From: Candidatus Levybacteria bacterium RIFCSPLOWO2_12_FULL_41_12
GTDB taxonomy: Bacteria > Patescibacteriota > Microgenomatia > Levybacterales > UBA12049
Length of the DNA: 64,000 nucleotides
Assembly (NCBI GenBank): GCA_001784155.1
Contig: MFPL01000007.1
Coordinates: forward strand, 10,101-74,100
Direction: 5' to 3'
The notes under the pieces are model-generated. The model saw nothing but the letters and a program-made list of their open reading frames with translations. It searched no databases and was not told where the DNA came from. The position numbers and the translations under genes were made by a program. Position 1 is the stretch's first letter. Each line of letters begins with the position of its first letter. Below are positions 20,293-30,034 of this stretch, in pieces.

Positions 20293-20810
20293 TAGTCTTT
20301 GTAAATTTTCCTGAGTTCCCCGAGATTAACGGTTGAAAAATAAACTACTGTTTCAAAAGTCTTCTTGTCTTTTTTTTCGACCTTTTTGGCTATATCGTTT
20401 AAAACCTCTTGGTGCTTAAAAGAAGCTTTTTCTACTCGGTTGAAAAGCTCTTTAGTTGGTTTTCTTCTCTCGTCTTTGAATAGAAATACTAAAAGGGTTA
20501 TCTCATTCTCACCTTTTAAAGCCGTTTCCTTGGCAAGTTCCACATTCCCTTTATCTGCCAATATCTTAGCCATTAGTATTCTTTTATCTGCCAGAAGAAG
20601 ATGTTGCTCAGCTTTTTTAATGGGGTCTTGTATTATGAATAACATCACTTTATCTCTTAAAACCTTAAGCTTGTAAAGTTTGTGATCGGGAAGCATTCCC
20701 GGATAAGGAAGATCGTATTTTACCGATGCTGATGTGGTAGAGTTGTCGCGTGCAAATCCAACTCCCGAAAAAACAAAAATCAAAATGAGGGCGATTGCAA
20801 TTTTCTTCAT
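20289..20810 (-). CDS. Secreted/anchored helical protein, DUF5667-like
   Basis: Signal peptide MKKIAIALILIFVFSG, LPYPGMLPDHKLYKLK motif. Start 20810 lies 6 nt after TGcTATAAT. Confidence 0.7.
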   Translation of the reverse strand: MKKIAIALILIFVFSGVGFARDNSTTSASVKYDLPYPGMLPDHKLYKLKVLRDKVMLFIIQDPIKKAEQHLLLADKRILMAKILADKGNVELAKETALKGENEITLLVFLFKDERRKPTKELFNRVEKASFKHQEVLNDIAKKVEKKDKKTFETVVYFSTVNLGELRKIYKDY

Positions 20811-20852
20811 ACAGCAATTATAGCATAGGTTTGTAAAACGCATCCACCTATA

Positions 20853-22277
20853 TTAGTTGAATTTTCTTAAAACATTTTTTCCTACTCTTCTGGCATTAGC
20901 CATTATTGTTAGGGTCGGAGATTTCGCGGGAAGTGCTTTCCATGTCGAGGAATCGCCACTGTATATTCTATTGGTTTGATGTAATTTCCCATTCTTATCC
21001 ACTGATAATAATGTAGGTACTTCTCTAAAGGGGACTCCTCCAGCGTAATGGACCGTAACGTAATCACTAACCGTTTTTAAAGGAAGTAATCCCAATGACC
21101 GCAATTGTCGCGAGATTTTATTAACCTCATTCCTATGTATTTCTAATTCCTTACGATTCTCCTTATATGATATCTCTAGAACATCTTCATCTCCTTTTTT
21201 CAGTAATCTACAAAATTTATTTTTTGATTCGAATACTGGAAATCTAATATCAGCTATCACTAGCGATGAAATAATAAATGACAATAGCATTGAGGCAATA
21301 ACCTTTGGTAGGGGAATATATTTGAGTGATTTATGTAGCACTTCGGTGTTGAACCTGTAAAGTTGGACAAAAAAAGCTACTAATCCATGATAGGTTTCGT
21401 CACTTAAAATGGCCAACTGGCCGAAATTACTTTTTTTAGAATTAGTTTTTTTTGTTAAAGTTCTAAAATTTAGGCATGCAGTCAAAAAATGGGCTTTTGT
21501 TAAGAATGTTGTTCTGTAGTCGAATAATCCTAAGCTTCTAAGTAAAATTCTCGTGGTATTAATTGAGCCAGCTGCTAGAATTAAATAATTTGCTCGATTG
21601 GTGGACATCACTGAGTTATCAATTGAAAAGCTTTGAATTTCTACATATTCAATTTTGTCCTTAACAGTATAGACTAGCTGATTTGGAATATAGGTAAAGT
21701 TTTTAAACCGTTTTAAGTCTTCTATGCTTGAGCTTGCACGATATGATATTGCGGTCGGTAGTTGATATACCGTATTTTTTAAGTTGGCCTTATTTTTAGC
21801 GGATTGCAAAATTAATCTTCCATGAGTATCAAGAGGGATTTTTAGCTTAAGATTTATAAGTTTTGCCACTTCTTGATATTCCTGCTGGATTATATCAGCT
21901 GGTAACCCAATTTTTTCAAGTTCTTCTTTTGAAAAAAAATCACAAATCCCATCCCAAATTTCGGATAGCCCACCCTTAGCTAGGCTTTGAATAATTTCAA
22001 TATCGCTTTTAATTTTTAAGAGTTGATAGGTTTTGTAAAAAACGTAACTGCTTTTTCTAAGTAAGTCATAGGCGTGACCCGCAGTAGAAGAATCAGTCTC
22101 CGAAAAATTAACCGGTTTTGAAGTCCGTTTCTTACTGTCTAATCCGCCGTCAATTATTGCGACCTGTAATCCTGCTTCGGTTAATGGGTATGCAGCATGT
22201 ACTCCTGCTGGTCCGGATCCGACTATCACAACATCAAATTGAGTATGCGAGCGATATTTATAAACTTTTTTCGTCAT
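20853..22277 (-). CDS. FAD-dependent GMC-family oxidoreductase
   Basis: DVVIVGSGPAG, AKGGLSEIW, LILAAGSINTTRILLRS, HYAGG, DSS...PTLTIMANARR. Confidence 0.78.
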   Translation of the reverse strand: MTKKVYKYRSHTQFDVVIVGSGPAGVHAAYPLTEAGLQVAIIDGGLDSKKRTSKPVNFSETDSSTAGHAYDLLRKSSYVFYKTYQLLKIKSDIEIIQSLAKGGLSEIWDGICDFFSKEELEKIGLPADIIQQEYQEVAKLINLKLKIPLDTHGRLILQSAKNKANLKNTVYQLPTAISYRASSSIEDLKRFKNFTYIPNQLVYTVKDKIEYVEIQSFSIDNSVMSTNRANYLILAAGSINTTRILLRSLGLFDYRTTFLTKAHFLTACLNFRTLTKKTNSKKSNFGQLAILSDETYHGLVAFFVQLYRFNTEVLHKSLKYIPLPKVIASMLLSFIISSLVIADIRFPVFESKNKFCRLLKKGDEDVLEISYKENRKELEIHRNEVNKISRQLRSLGLLPLKTVSDYVTVHYAGGVPFREVPTLLSVDKNGKLHQTNRIYSGDSSTWKALPAKSPTLTIMANARRVGKNVLRKFN

Positions 22278-22419
22278 AAGATATTTCCGAGACTATAATA
22301 TATATAAGTAAAGATGATTACAACTACAACTATCGGGTTGAAATAAAATTGAAACGGCACTCTCTTATTGTTCCTGTACTGAAAAATTGATATGATCTTC
22401 GCGAACGAAATTATATTAC

Positions 22420-23247
22420 ATGAAATATAAGCCCCTAATATCTGTTGTCATGCCTGCCCATAACGCTGTTAAAGATATAAACACTGCGGTGGAAAGCGTA
22501 TTGAATCAAACTTTTAAAAAATTCGAACTAATTATAGTTAACGATGCCTCAACTGATAATACTTATTCAAAACTTAAAGCATTATCGAGAAAAGATCCTA
22601 GGATAAGAATCATAAGCAACAAAAAAAGACTCGACATCGCAGGCACTCTGAATAAAGGTATTGCAGCTGCGCGCGCAGACATAATAGCTCGAATGGATGC
22701 GGACGATATATCAATGCCCAATAGATTCGAGCTTCAATATAAGCTTATTAATTCCGCCAAAAATATAGCTGCGGTTGGGGCAAATATTATAATTATGGAT
22801 ACGAGAGAGAAGGATATCGCCACACGCATTTATCCGGAAACATCGAGAGAGTTAAAGAGATGCTTGTTTAAGTACAGTCCTTTCGCACATCCAGTTGTGA
22901 TGTTTCGCAAGAAAATGGTTGAAGAAGTGGGTGGGTATAATCCAAAATATTCACCAACCGAGGATCTTGATTTGTGGTTTCGCCTGGGAGTGAAATACGA
23001 ATTTAAAAGTGTTCCCAAATTGCTCTTGAGGTATAGATTGAATGAAAAGTCTAGCAGCCATAAGGAGATTAAGGAGCTAGAGATATTAGTATTTAAAATT
23101 CGCCTAGATGCTATAATCAAATACGGTTACAGGCCGAGCTTATTTGATGCAATTTATAACATCTTTCAATTTTTAACTTTATGGATTACGCCAGCTAGAT
23201 ACAGAATTAAGATCTACAATCTGCTCAGAAATAATAATATAATTTAG
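22420..23247 (+). CDS. GT2 glycosyltransferase
   Basis: ISVVMPAHN, VNDASTD, ARMDADD, HPVVMFR, EDLDLWFR. Confidence 0.9.
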   Translation: MKYKPLISVVMPAHNAVKDINTAVESVLNQTFKKFELIIVNDASTDNTYSKLKALSRKDPRIRIISNKKRLDIAGTLNKGIAAARADIIARMDADDISMPNRFELQYKLINSAKNIAAVGANIIIMDTREKDIATRIYPETSRELKRCLFKYSPFAHPVVMFRKKMVEEVGGYNPKYSPTEDLDLWFRLGVKYEFKSVPKLLLRYRLNEKSSSHKEIKELEILVFKIRLDAIIKYGYRPSLFDAIYNIFQFLTLWITPARYRIKIYNLLRNNNII

Positions 23248-23266
23248 CTCCTGTTCATATAAAGCT

Positions 23267-24295
23267 ATGAAAAAATATGTAGGCATTTTCCCTTACAATG
23301 ATCACAGGTACTTATTGAATGCAGCGTTTAATAAAAATCTAAACGGTCTTGAGACTCCTATCTTCGTGACACTAAAAAAGTCTTTAAAACAGGTAAATAT
23401 AGAAGTAAATACATATGACATAGTGACAAAAGAAGAACTTTATACGTATGTATATTTTGATTTACCAAATCTTTGGAATATCAAAGCATGGGTAAAGATA
23501 ATCTCAAACAAAAACAAAAATATCCTGATCTGCAATGAGCCTCCTATTGTAATACCATTTAATTATTGGAAAATATTTCATACATTCTTTACAAAAGTTT
23601 ATACATGGAATGATAGCTTGGTAGACAACAAAAAATATTTTAAAATACTTTTGCCCAAAACAAGCTTAGGTCTTAACATCAAACCAAAAAAATTTAAAGA
23701 GAGGAAGTTTTTAGTTCTTATAAATAAAAACATACTGCCTTTTTACCCATTCAAAATTATCTTAAAGTTCGGAAAAGAGCTGTATACGGAGAGAATAAGA
23801 GCTATCGAATTTTTTGAGAAGACCATTCCAAAAAAGTTTTATCTTTACGGGCGAGATTGGAACAAACCCAAAAAGCATAATTTAACTGAGAGAATTATTG
23901 GTCCAAAGAAGTACTTGACCTACAAAGGTGAGGTCGACGATAAGATAGAATTATTATCAAGCTTTAAATACTCTATTTGCTTCGAGAACTTAACTGATAC
24001 CACAGGGTTTATTACCGAGAAAATATTTGATTGTCTAAAAGCTAGATGCGTCCCCGTCTATTGGGGTGCTACGGATATAGAAAATTATATTCCGAGGGAG
24101 TGCTTTATTGATTTTAGGCAATTCAAGGACTATGATGAGCTTCTAAAATTTTTAAATTCAATTAGCGAACAGAAGTATGCCAAGTATATAAAAAGCATTG
24201 AGAAATTGTTGTCTGATAAAAAATTTATAAACTTATGGTTTGAAGAAGCTTTTGCAGACTTTTTCATAAAGGATATTTTGGAAATAAAAAAATGA
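23267..24295 (+). CDS. GT10-family (alpha-1,3/4-fucosyltransferase-like) glycosyltransferase
   Basis: K..LLSSFKYSICFEN..GFITEKIFDCL...CVPVYWGA..I...IP..CFID matches the GT10 donor-binding motif. Confidence 0.78.
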   Translation: MKKYVGIFPYNDHRYLLNAAFNKNLNGLETPIFVTLKKSLKQVNIEVNTYDIVTKEELYTYVYFDLPNLWNIKAWVKIISNKNKNILICNEPPIVIPFNYWKIFHTFFTKVYTWNDSLVDNKKYFKILLPKTSLGLNIKPKKFKERKFLVLINKNILPFYPFKIILKFGKELYTERIRAIEFFEKTIPKKFYLYGRDWNKPKKHNLTERIIGPKKYLTYKGEVDDKIELLSSFKYSICFENLTDTTGFITEKIFDCLKARCVPVYWGATDIENYIPRECFIDFRQFKDYDELLKFLNSISEQKYAKYIKSIEKLLSDKKFINLWFEEAFADFFIKDILEIKK

Positions 24296-25146
24296 TAAAA
24301 AATAATCTACCTTTAAGCCTGGAGTTAAAGGCAGCGGAAACAAGAGAAGAAATTTTAGAAATGATAGTAAGTGCCCGTGGAACCCACATTGCGAGTGCGT
24401 TTTCAATAGTAGATTTGGTGGTTTATTTATACAATCATGTTTTAAGAATAAATCCCAAAAAACCGAATGATCCTAAAAGAGATAAGTTTGTCTTAAGTAA
24501 AGGACATGGATGCGCAGCTTTGTATGTTGTTTTGGCAAATCTTGGCTTTTTTCCAAAGAGTGAGCTTGGGAAATACTGCACGAGAGAGGGTATTTTGGGT
24601 GGACACCCCGATAGCACAAGAATACCGGGGGTAGAAACCTCGACAGGTTCTTTGGGTCATGGTTTTCCTGTGGCCGTAGGATTTGCGTTGGCCAGTAAGA
24701 TTAACAAAAGTAATTCTAAGGTTTATTGTATAGTCGGTGATGGTGAATGCAATGAAGGGTCGGTTTGGGAAGCGGCACAGGTAGCTCCGCACCATAAGTT
24801 AGATAATCTAACTGTAATAGTTGATGACAACAAACTTATGATCTCAGGTTTCGCTAAGGATATTCTAAACCCTTTATCTTTAGCGGATAAATTCAGGATA
24901 TTTGGTTGGAATGTTATTGAAATCAATGGTCACAATTTTAAGGAAATAATAACTGCATTTAATGCCAAAACGAAAAATTCTAAGCCTACTGCCATAATCG
25001 CAAATACAATTAAAGGCAAAGGAGTGTCTTTTATGGAAAATGAAAAAGAATGGTACAGTAGACTTCCCAACGAAGAAGAGCTTAAGCTCGCGTTGGATGA
25101 GTTAGATACAAAAATCAAAAAGCTTAAGGGGAGGCTTAAGATATGA
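24292..25146 (+). CDS. Transketolase-like subunit A (ThDP-binding)
   Basis: RDKFVLSKGH, GHPD, STGSLGHG, GDGECNEGSVWEA..DDN, TIKGKGVSFME. Confidence 0.9.
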   Translation: MIKNNLPLSLELKAAETREEILEMIVSARGTHIASAFSIVDLVVYLYNHVLRINPKKPNDPKRDKFVLSKGHGCAALYVVLANLGFFPKSELGKYCTREGILGGHPDSTRIPGVETSTGSLGHGFPVAVGFALASKINKSNSKVYCIVGDGECNEGSVWEAAQVAPHHKLDNLTVIVDDNKLMISGFAKDILNPLSLADKFRIFGWNVIEINGHNFKEIITAFNAKTKNSKPTAIIANTIKGKGVSFMENEKEWYSRLPNEEELKLALDELDTKIKKLKGRLKI

Positions 25147-26093
25147 GAGATTCTTTCATAAGCTCGATATACAAAGTAACAAAAAAGGATAAAAATGTTT
25201 TATGTATTGTAGGAGATATTGGAGCATTTCTTCTAAGGAATTATATTAAAGATTTTCCAAACAATTATTTTAATTTGGGAGTCGCAGAGGCAAATATGGT
25301 CGGGGTTGCATCGGGACTTGCGATGTCTGGGAAAATTCCATTCGTTTACACCATTACCCCTTTTATTACGGCAAGGCCATACGAGCAAATTAAAGTAGAT
25401 GTATGCTATAACAACGCGAATGTAAAGCTTGTGGGTGTGGGGAGCGGTGCATCTTATGGGACGATGGGGTCAACCCACCATTCATTAGACGATTTAGCTC
25501 TAATGAGTACACTGCCCAATATGACGGTCATTTCTCCATCGGATCCTCTGGAGGTAGAAGAAGCAGTATTTGCCGCGGCAAAACACGTGGGACCCGTGTA
25601 TATAAGACTTACCTTAAAGTCTAAACCCTTAATTTATAAAAGGGAAGATTTTAAGATAGGAAAGGCAAGAGTAGTTAGAAACGGAAAAGATGTGGCAGTC
25701 ATTGCTACGGGGGATATGGTCGAAGTTGCCGTGGATGCTGCAAGCATCCTGGAAAAGGAAAATATAAGCTGTCAGATAATCAATATGCATACGATAAAGC
25801 CCATAGATGAACGACTTATTGGGGATTTGTCGAAAAAATATAAGGTAATAATTTCCATAGAAGAACATAGTGTTATGGGAGGGTTGGGCAGTGCAATATC
25901 TTCCGTTTTGGCACAAATTCCTGATAATAAAGCACTTTTTAAAGCAATGGGGTTTCGGGACGAGTTCGTGAAAATTTACGCTAGCGATAAACATGAGATA
26001 TTTAACGCTTATGGTTTATCGGAAAAACATTTAGCTAATGAAGTTCTCTCTTTGTACATGTATGCTAAGTCCAATAATACGAGAAGACATTAA
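25143..26093 (+). CDS. Transketolase-like subunit B (Pyr + C-terminal domains)
   Basis: NLGVAEANMVGVASGLA, RPYEQIK, GSTHHS, PVYIRL, HTIKPID, EEHSVMGGLG. Confidence 0.9.
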   Translation: MRDSFISSIYKVTKKDKNVLCIVGDIGAFLLRNYIKDFPNNYFNLGVAEANMVGVASGLAMSGKIPFVYTITPFITARPYEQIKVDVCYNNANVKLVGVGSGASYGTMGSTHHSLDDLALMSTLPNMTVISPSDPLEVEEAVFAAAKHVGPVYIRLTLKSKPLIYKREDFKIGKARVVRNGKDVAVIATGDMVEVAVDAASILEKENISCQIINMHTIKPIDERLIGDLSKKYKVIISIEEHSVMGGLGSAISSVLAQIPDNKALFKAMGFRDEFVKIYASDKHEIFNAYGLSEKHLANEVLSLYMYAKSNNTRRH

Positions 26094-27117
26094 AGACGTA
26101 GTTAATAGGCTGGGGAAAGATGCAGACCGCTTATCGGGTAAAACTGTTCTGATAACAGGAGCCTCAGGCTTAATTGGAGGATATTTAGTTGATACGCTAG
26201 TCTATCTTAATGAGAATAGATTGCTCAAGTCCTGTAAGGCAATAGCTCTTCAAAAAAGTAAAGTTAAAAAAAATAGTAGGTTGGGACATTTATTGAATAA
26301 CCGAAATGTTAAACTTGTTTCCCACGACGCGTCCGCTCCTTATAAAAGTAATCAGAAGATAGATTACGTTATTCACGCTGCAGGAGTGTCAGCACCTGCA
26401 GCTTTTCTAAAAGACCCCTTGGGCACTATAGATGTAAATGTGTCTGGCGTTCGATGGATTCTAGAATATGCGAGGAAAAATGAAGTAAAAAGCATTCTTT
26501 ATATGAGTAGTGGCGAAATCTATGGAAATCCAACCCTGGAGAATATACCCACCCCTGAAACCTATAAAGGGAATGTATCTACCCTTGATCCGCGTGGATG
26601 CTATACCTCTTCAAAAAGACTGGCAGAAACCCTCTGCAGTATTTATTTCGAAAAATATAATGTACCTGTAAAAATTGCTCGTCCATTTATTGTCTATGGA
26701 CCCGGCCTTCGGTTTGACGACAAAAGGGTTATGGCAGAATTTATTAAAAACGGGTTGGAAGGTAAGCCAATAGAAATGTTAAACGCAGGACGGGATACTC
26801 GCTCATACTGCTATGTATCCGATGCAACAGTCGCATTTTTTAAAATTCTCCTCTCGTCTAAGGACGGAGAACCATTTAATGTGGCATCTGATTTGGAAGA
26901 GGTGAGTATAAAAGAATTAGCGGAATTGGTTCATAAAATTTGCAATATAAAAAAGCCAGTTAGGGTAAAAAAGAAAGGAGCGAATTTCTTAAAAGACGCT
27001 CCGAACAGAGTCTTTCCGGACATTACCAAGCTCAAAAAAACATTCGGATATGTCCCTAAGGTAGGGATAGAGAAAGGCCTCCGAAGGACAATTGAATGGA
27101 ACAGGTCTGTAATTTGA
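26062..27117 (+). CDS. UDP-glucuronate decarboxylase/NDP-sugar dehydratase-like SDR
   Basis: TGASGLIG, HAAGVSAP, SSGEIYG, ETYKGNV..PRGCYTSSKR, RSYCYVSD. Start moved to ATG 26062. Confidence 0.8.
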   Translation: MLSPIIREDIKDVVNRLGKDADRLSGKTVLITGASGLIGGYLVDTLVYLNENRLLKSCKAIALQKSKVKKNSRLGHLLNNRNVKLVSHDASAPYKSNQKIDYVIHAAGVSAPAAFLKDPLGTIDVNVSGVRWILEYARKNEVKSILYMSSGEIYGNPTLENIPTPETYKGNVSTLDPRGCYTSSKRLAETLCSIYFEKYNVPVKIARPFIVYGPGLRFDDKRVMAEFIKNGLEGKPIEMLNAGRDTRSYCYVSDATVAFFKILLSSKDGEPFNVASDLEEVSIKELAELVHKICNIKKPVRVKKKGANFLKDAPNRVFPDITKLKKTFGYVPKVGIEKGLRRTIEWNRSVI

Positions 27118-27121
27118 AAAT

Positions 27122-27841
27122 ATGGATCTAAAACGCTTTGTACTCAAATATCTCGCTCCCCCTACAGAAACAGCGAGAAACGAATGGGTGGTTAAGAAGA
27201 TTGCTAAAATCCCCAAAGGTAAAAGCATTCTTGATGTTGGAGCTGGAGAAATGCCTTATAAGACATACTGCAGGCATCTCAAATATAAAAGTCAAGACTT
27301 TGGGAAGTACACAGGCGAAAATACAAAAAGTGGTATAAAAAGCGGAAAGTACGATACTAAAAGTGTGGATATTATTTCCGATATTACTTCTATACCAGTC
27401 AGAAATAAATCATTTGACTATGTGCTCTGCACAGAGGTTTTCGAGCACATACCCGATCCTCTTCAGGCATTAAAAGAAATAAGCAGGATAAATAAATCGA
27501 CACTTATACTGACTGCTCCGTTTGCCTCCTTAACACATTTTTATCCTTATTTTTTTTACACAGGGTTTTCAGAACAGTTCTATAGAACAAATCTTCCAAG
27601 ATACGGATATAAAATCAAGGAAATATATGCGTACGGAAATTACTTTGACTTATTGGGCATGGAGCTTTTGAGACTACCTCTCATCATCTTTGACTACAAC
27701 AAGATATTTTTGATTTGTATTCTTCCCTTTTTTACGTTGACATTACCAGTGCTTATGGCCTTGAGGATTCTGGGAAAACTTTATCCTCAGTCAAATAACA
27801 TTTTTTGCTTTGGGATATGTGTTTTAGCAAAAAAATACTAA
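27122..27841 (+). CDS. Class I SAM-dependent methyltransferase
   Basis: ILDVGAG, DIISDITSIP, FDYVLCTEVFEHIPDP, LTAPF. Confidence 0.87.
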   Translation: MDLKRFVLKYLAPPTETARNEWVVKKIAKIPKGKSILDVGAGEMPYKTYCRHLKYKSQDFGKYTGENTKSGIKSGKYDTKSVDIISDITSIPVRNKSFDYVLCTEVFEHIPDPLQALKEISRINKSTLILTAPFASLTHFYPYFFYTGFSEQFYRTNLPRYGYKIKEIYAYGNYFDLLGMELLRLPLIIFDYNKIFLICILPFFTLTLPVLMALRILGKLYPQSNNIFCFGICVLAKKY

Positions 27842-29001
27842 GTTTCCCTTAGCGCTTTGGTGATGAGAGTATTGGTATCATAATCTTTCGAAAGTATTAG
27901 TGCATTGCTTCTATACCTTTTGTATAAAGAATCATCCGAGAGGAGTTTAATTATTTTTTTTGCTAAATCCTCAGAATCGTACTTCGTTATGAATCCAGCC
28001 TTCTTCTGTTGGATTATTCGAGCGATTGCAGGTACGTCAGTTATAACTACGGGGAGTCCGGTGCCGAGATAGAGCTTAGGTTTACCTGGATCAGTGTACC
28101 TCGTGAAGTTATCAGGATCATCTACATATGGGGCAATACCAATTGCAGACTCGCAAAGCTCTTTTTCCAAATCTTCATGCTTCTTTATAAAACCCTTAAA
28201 CTTGACGTGTTTGCTAATCTTCAATCCCCTAGCAAGTTCTTTTAATTTTTTTTCATATTCTCCTTGCCCGATTATTACAAACATTACATTTGGGATTTTT
28301 GCAATAACTCTAGGCATAGCTTCTAAAACCAATTGAACTCCTTGTTTCTCCAAAAGATAACCGGCATAAACCATTTGATTTCTTTTGATTTTACTAACTG
28401 GTAGAATTTTAATTCTTTTAAGATTAGCACCCATGGGTAAGAGTATGCTCTTAGCCATCTTTTTAGAATTAACCCTATTTCCTATTCTGGCTGAGTCCAT
28501 CTTTTTTGATAAAACCCAAATTGCATCAGCCCAGTAACAAGCAATCCGATCCAAAAAGTGATAGATCTCATTAAGAATTTTATTTTCGAATCTTTTTGGG
28601 TTGTAATCGATCGTGTAGAAAACAATCTTTTTTATTAACCCAACTTTTTTAAATGGTAAAACCGAAACAGTATTTAGGTTATCAAGTGCAATACAAAGGT
28701 CAAGCCTGGTTTTGGAAAGCGCTAAGAAATATAAAGTAAACAGTGGATCCATAATATAAAAAAGGAGTTCGGGACCTTTCACATTGGGCGTGAAATACTG
28801 CTTTATATTCTTCCCATTCTCATATATGGTTAGAGAGGATCTGCGATCCGTGGCATAGGGGAAAGGATGCTCTACGTAATAGATATTTTTAACTTTTGGC
28901 AAAAAGAAGTCTCTAATTTCCTGTGGTGGTCCTCCGCCTGACTGCGTCCTTTTGTAGAAATGGGAGAGTATGAGTACGCTTGAGTCTTTTGATAATTCCA
29001 C
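27838..29001 (-). CDS. GT4 glycosyltransferase
   Basis: YAGYLLEKQG, IIGQGE, TDPGKPKLYLGTGLPVVIT. Likely start GTG 29001, behind TTGCCA-17-TATTAT-6. Confidence 0.85.
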   Translation of the reverse strand: MELSKDSSVLILSHFYKRTQSGGGPPQEIRDFFLPKVKNIYYVEHPFPYATDRRSSLTIYENGKNIKQYFTPNVKGPELLFYIMDPLFTLYFLALSKTRLDLCIALDNLNTVSVLPFKKVGLIKKIVFYTIDYNPKRFENKILNEIYHFLDRIACYWADAIWVLSKKMDSARIGNRVNSKKMAKSILLPMGANLKRIKILPVSKIKRNQMVYAGYLLEKQGVQLVLEAMPRVIAKIPNVMFVIIGQGEYEKKLKELARGLKISKHVKFKGFIKKHEDLEKELCESAIGIAPYVDDPDNFTRYTDPGKPKLYLGTGLPVVITDVPAIARIIQQKKAGFITKYDSEDLAKKIIKLLSDDSLYKRYRSNALILSKDYDTNTLITKALRET

Positions 29002-29007
29002 TGCTAG

Positions 29008-29036
29008 ATAATAGCTAAGATCTGCTTTCATGGCAA
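29008..29036 (-). promoter_or_regulatory. sigma70-type promoter (TTGCCA-17-TATTAT), probable leaderless start
   Basis: -35 at 29031-29036, -10 at 29008-29013, in-frame GTG 6 nt downstream. Confidence 0.6.
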
Positions 29037-29073
29037 GCTTATGCGTGCTATAATTTTATTTTGATAGCAACTG

Positions 29074-30012
29074 ATGTTTAAAAAAGAATACGTTTCCTTT
29101 CTTTGCTGCCCCGACTGTAGAGCAAGTCTCTCTATCAAAGATAAGCAATTTACCTGCAGTATTTGTAAAAACGAATACCCCTTAATAGGAAGTATTCCGG
29201 TTTTGGTGTCAAGCTCTATGGCAAAAGACGTAAAGCTATCCCGGGAAAAATGGGACGCTGAATATAAAAAAACAGTAGATAAAGATAAGGCAAGAAGTCT
29301 TAAAAAAAACTTCAAAAACATATATCTTTCGTCAACCATGAGTTATATAGAAAAATTATTTGACTCTTATAAAAACAAGAAATACCTGGAGATAGGATGT
29401 GGCCCGTTCTTTATAGGTCAAGAAATTGCCACAAAAGGAGCTTTTGTAGTGGGAATAGACTATTCAATGAACGCATTGAAGCTCGCAAAATTTTATCTTG
29501 ATGAAGAGGGAATAGATAATTATTTGCTTGTGTGTGGAGATATTGCTAAGATGCCTTTTAAGGACAATGTCTTCGATATCCTTTATGGTGGAGGAGTAAT
29601 CGAACATTTTAAAGATACGGTGGGAGTAGTAAAAGAAAATCACAGAGTATTAAAGAAGGGTGGCGTTGCTTTTAATTCCGTTCCTAAGCTTAATCTGGGT
29701 TCACTAACTTATAGACAAATGTGGGGGAATATTCCCAGCGCACCCGTGCTTAAACAAATTGCCGAATTTGTTCACATCAAGATTCTTAAGGGAAAAAGGA
29801 TGATATATGGATATGAATACTCCTTCACCGATTCGCAACTTAGAAAGATTTTCGCTAAGGCAGGGTTTCGGAGGGAAAACATAGATGTGGGTCGCTACGA
29901 GGTTCCACTTCTTTTAGAATATATAAAGAACAAATCTGCGAGAAAGATTGCAATGGCGGTAGCACAAAGTAATTTATTTTGGCCTGCCACTTATATTCTG
30001 TCTCGAAAATAA
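29074..30012 (+). CDS. SAM methyltransferase with N-terminal Trm112-like Zn ribbon
   Basis: LCCPDC..L....CSIC..YPL..IPVL, then YLEIGCG, GIDYS, GVIEHF, RVLKKGG. Confidence 0.82.
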   Translation: MFKKEYVSFLCCPDCRASLSIKDKQFTCSICKNEYPLIGSIPVLVSSSMAKDVKLSREKWDAEYKKTVDKDKARSLKKNFKNIYLSSTMSYIEKLFDSYKNKKYLEIGCGPFFIGQEIATKGAFVVGIDYSMNALKLAKFYLDEEGIDNYLLVCGDIAKMPFKDNVFDILYGGGVIEHFKDTVGVVKENHRVLKKGGVAFNSVPKLNLGSLTYRQMWGNIPSAPVLKQIAEFVHIKILKGKRMIYGYEYSFTDSQLRKIFAKAGFRRENIDVGRYEVPLLLEYIKNKSARKIAMAVAQSNLFWPATYILSRK

Positions 30013-30034
30013 CGGAGACTCGTGGTTTACTTTT

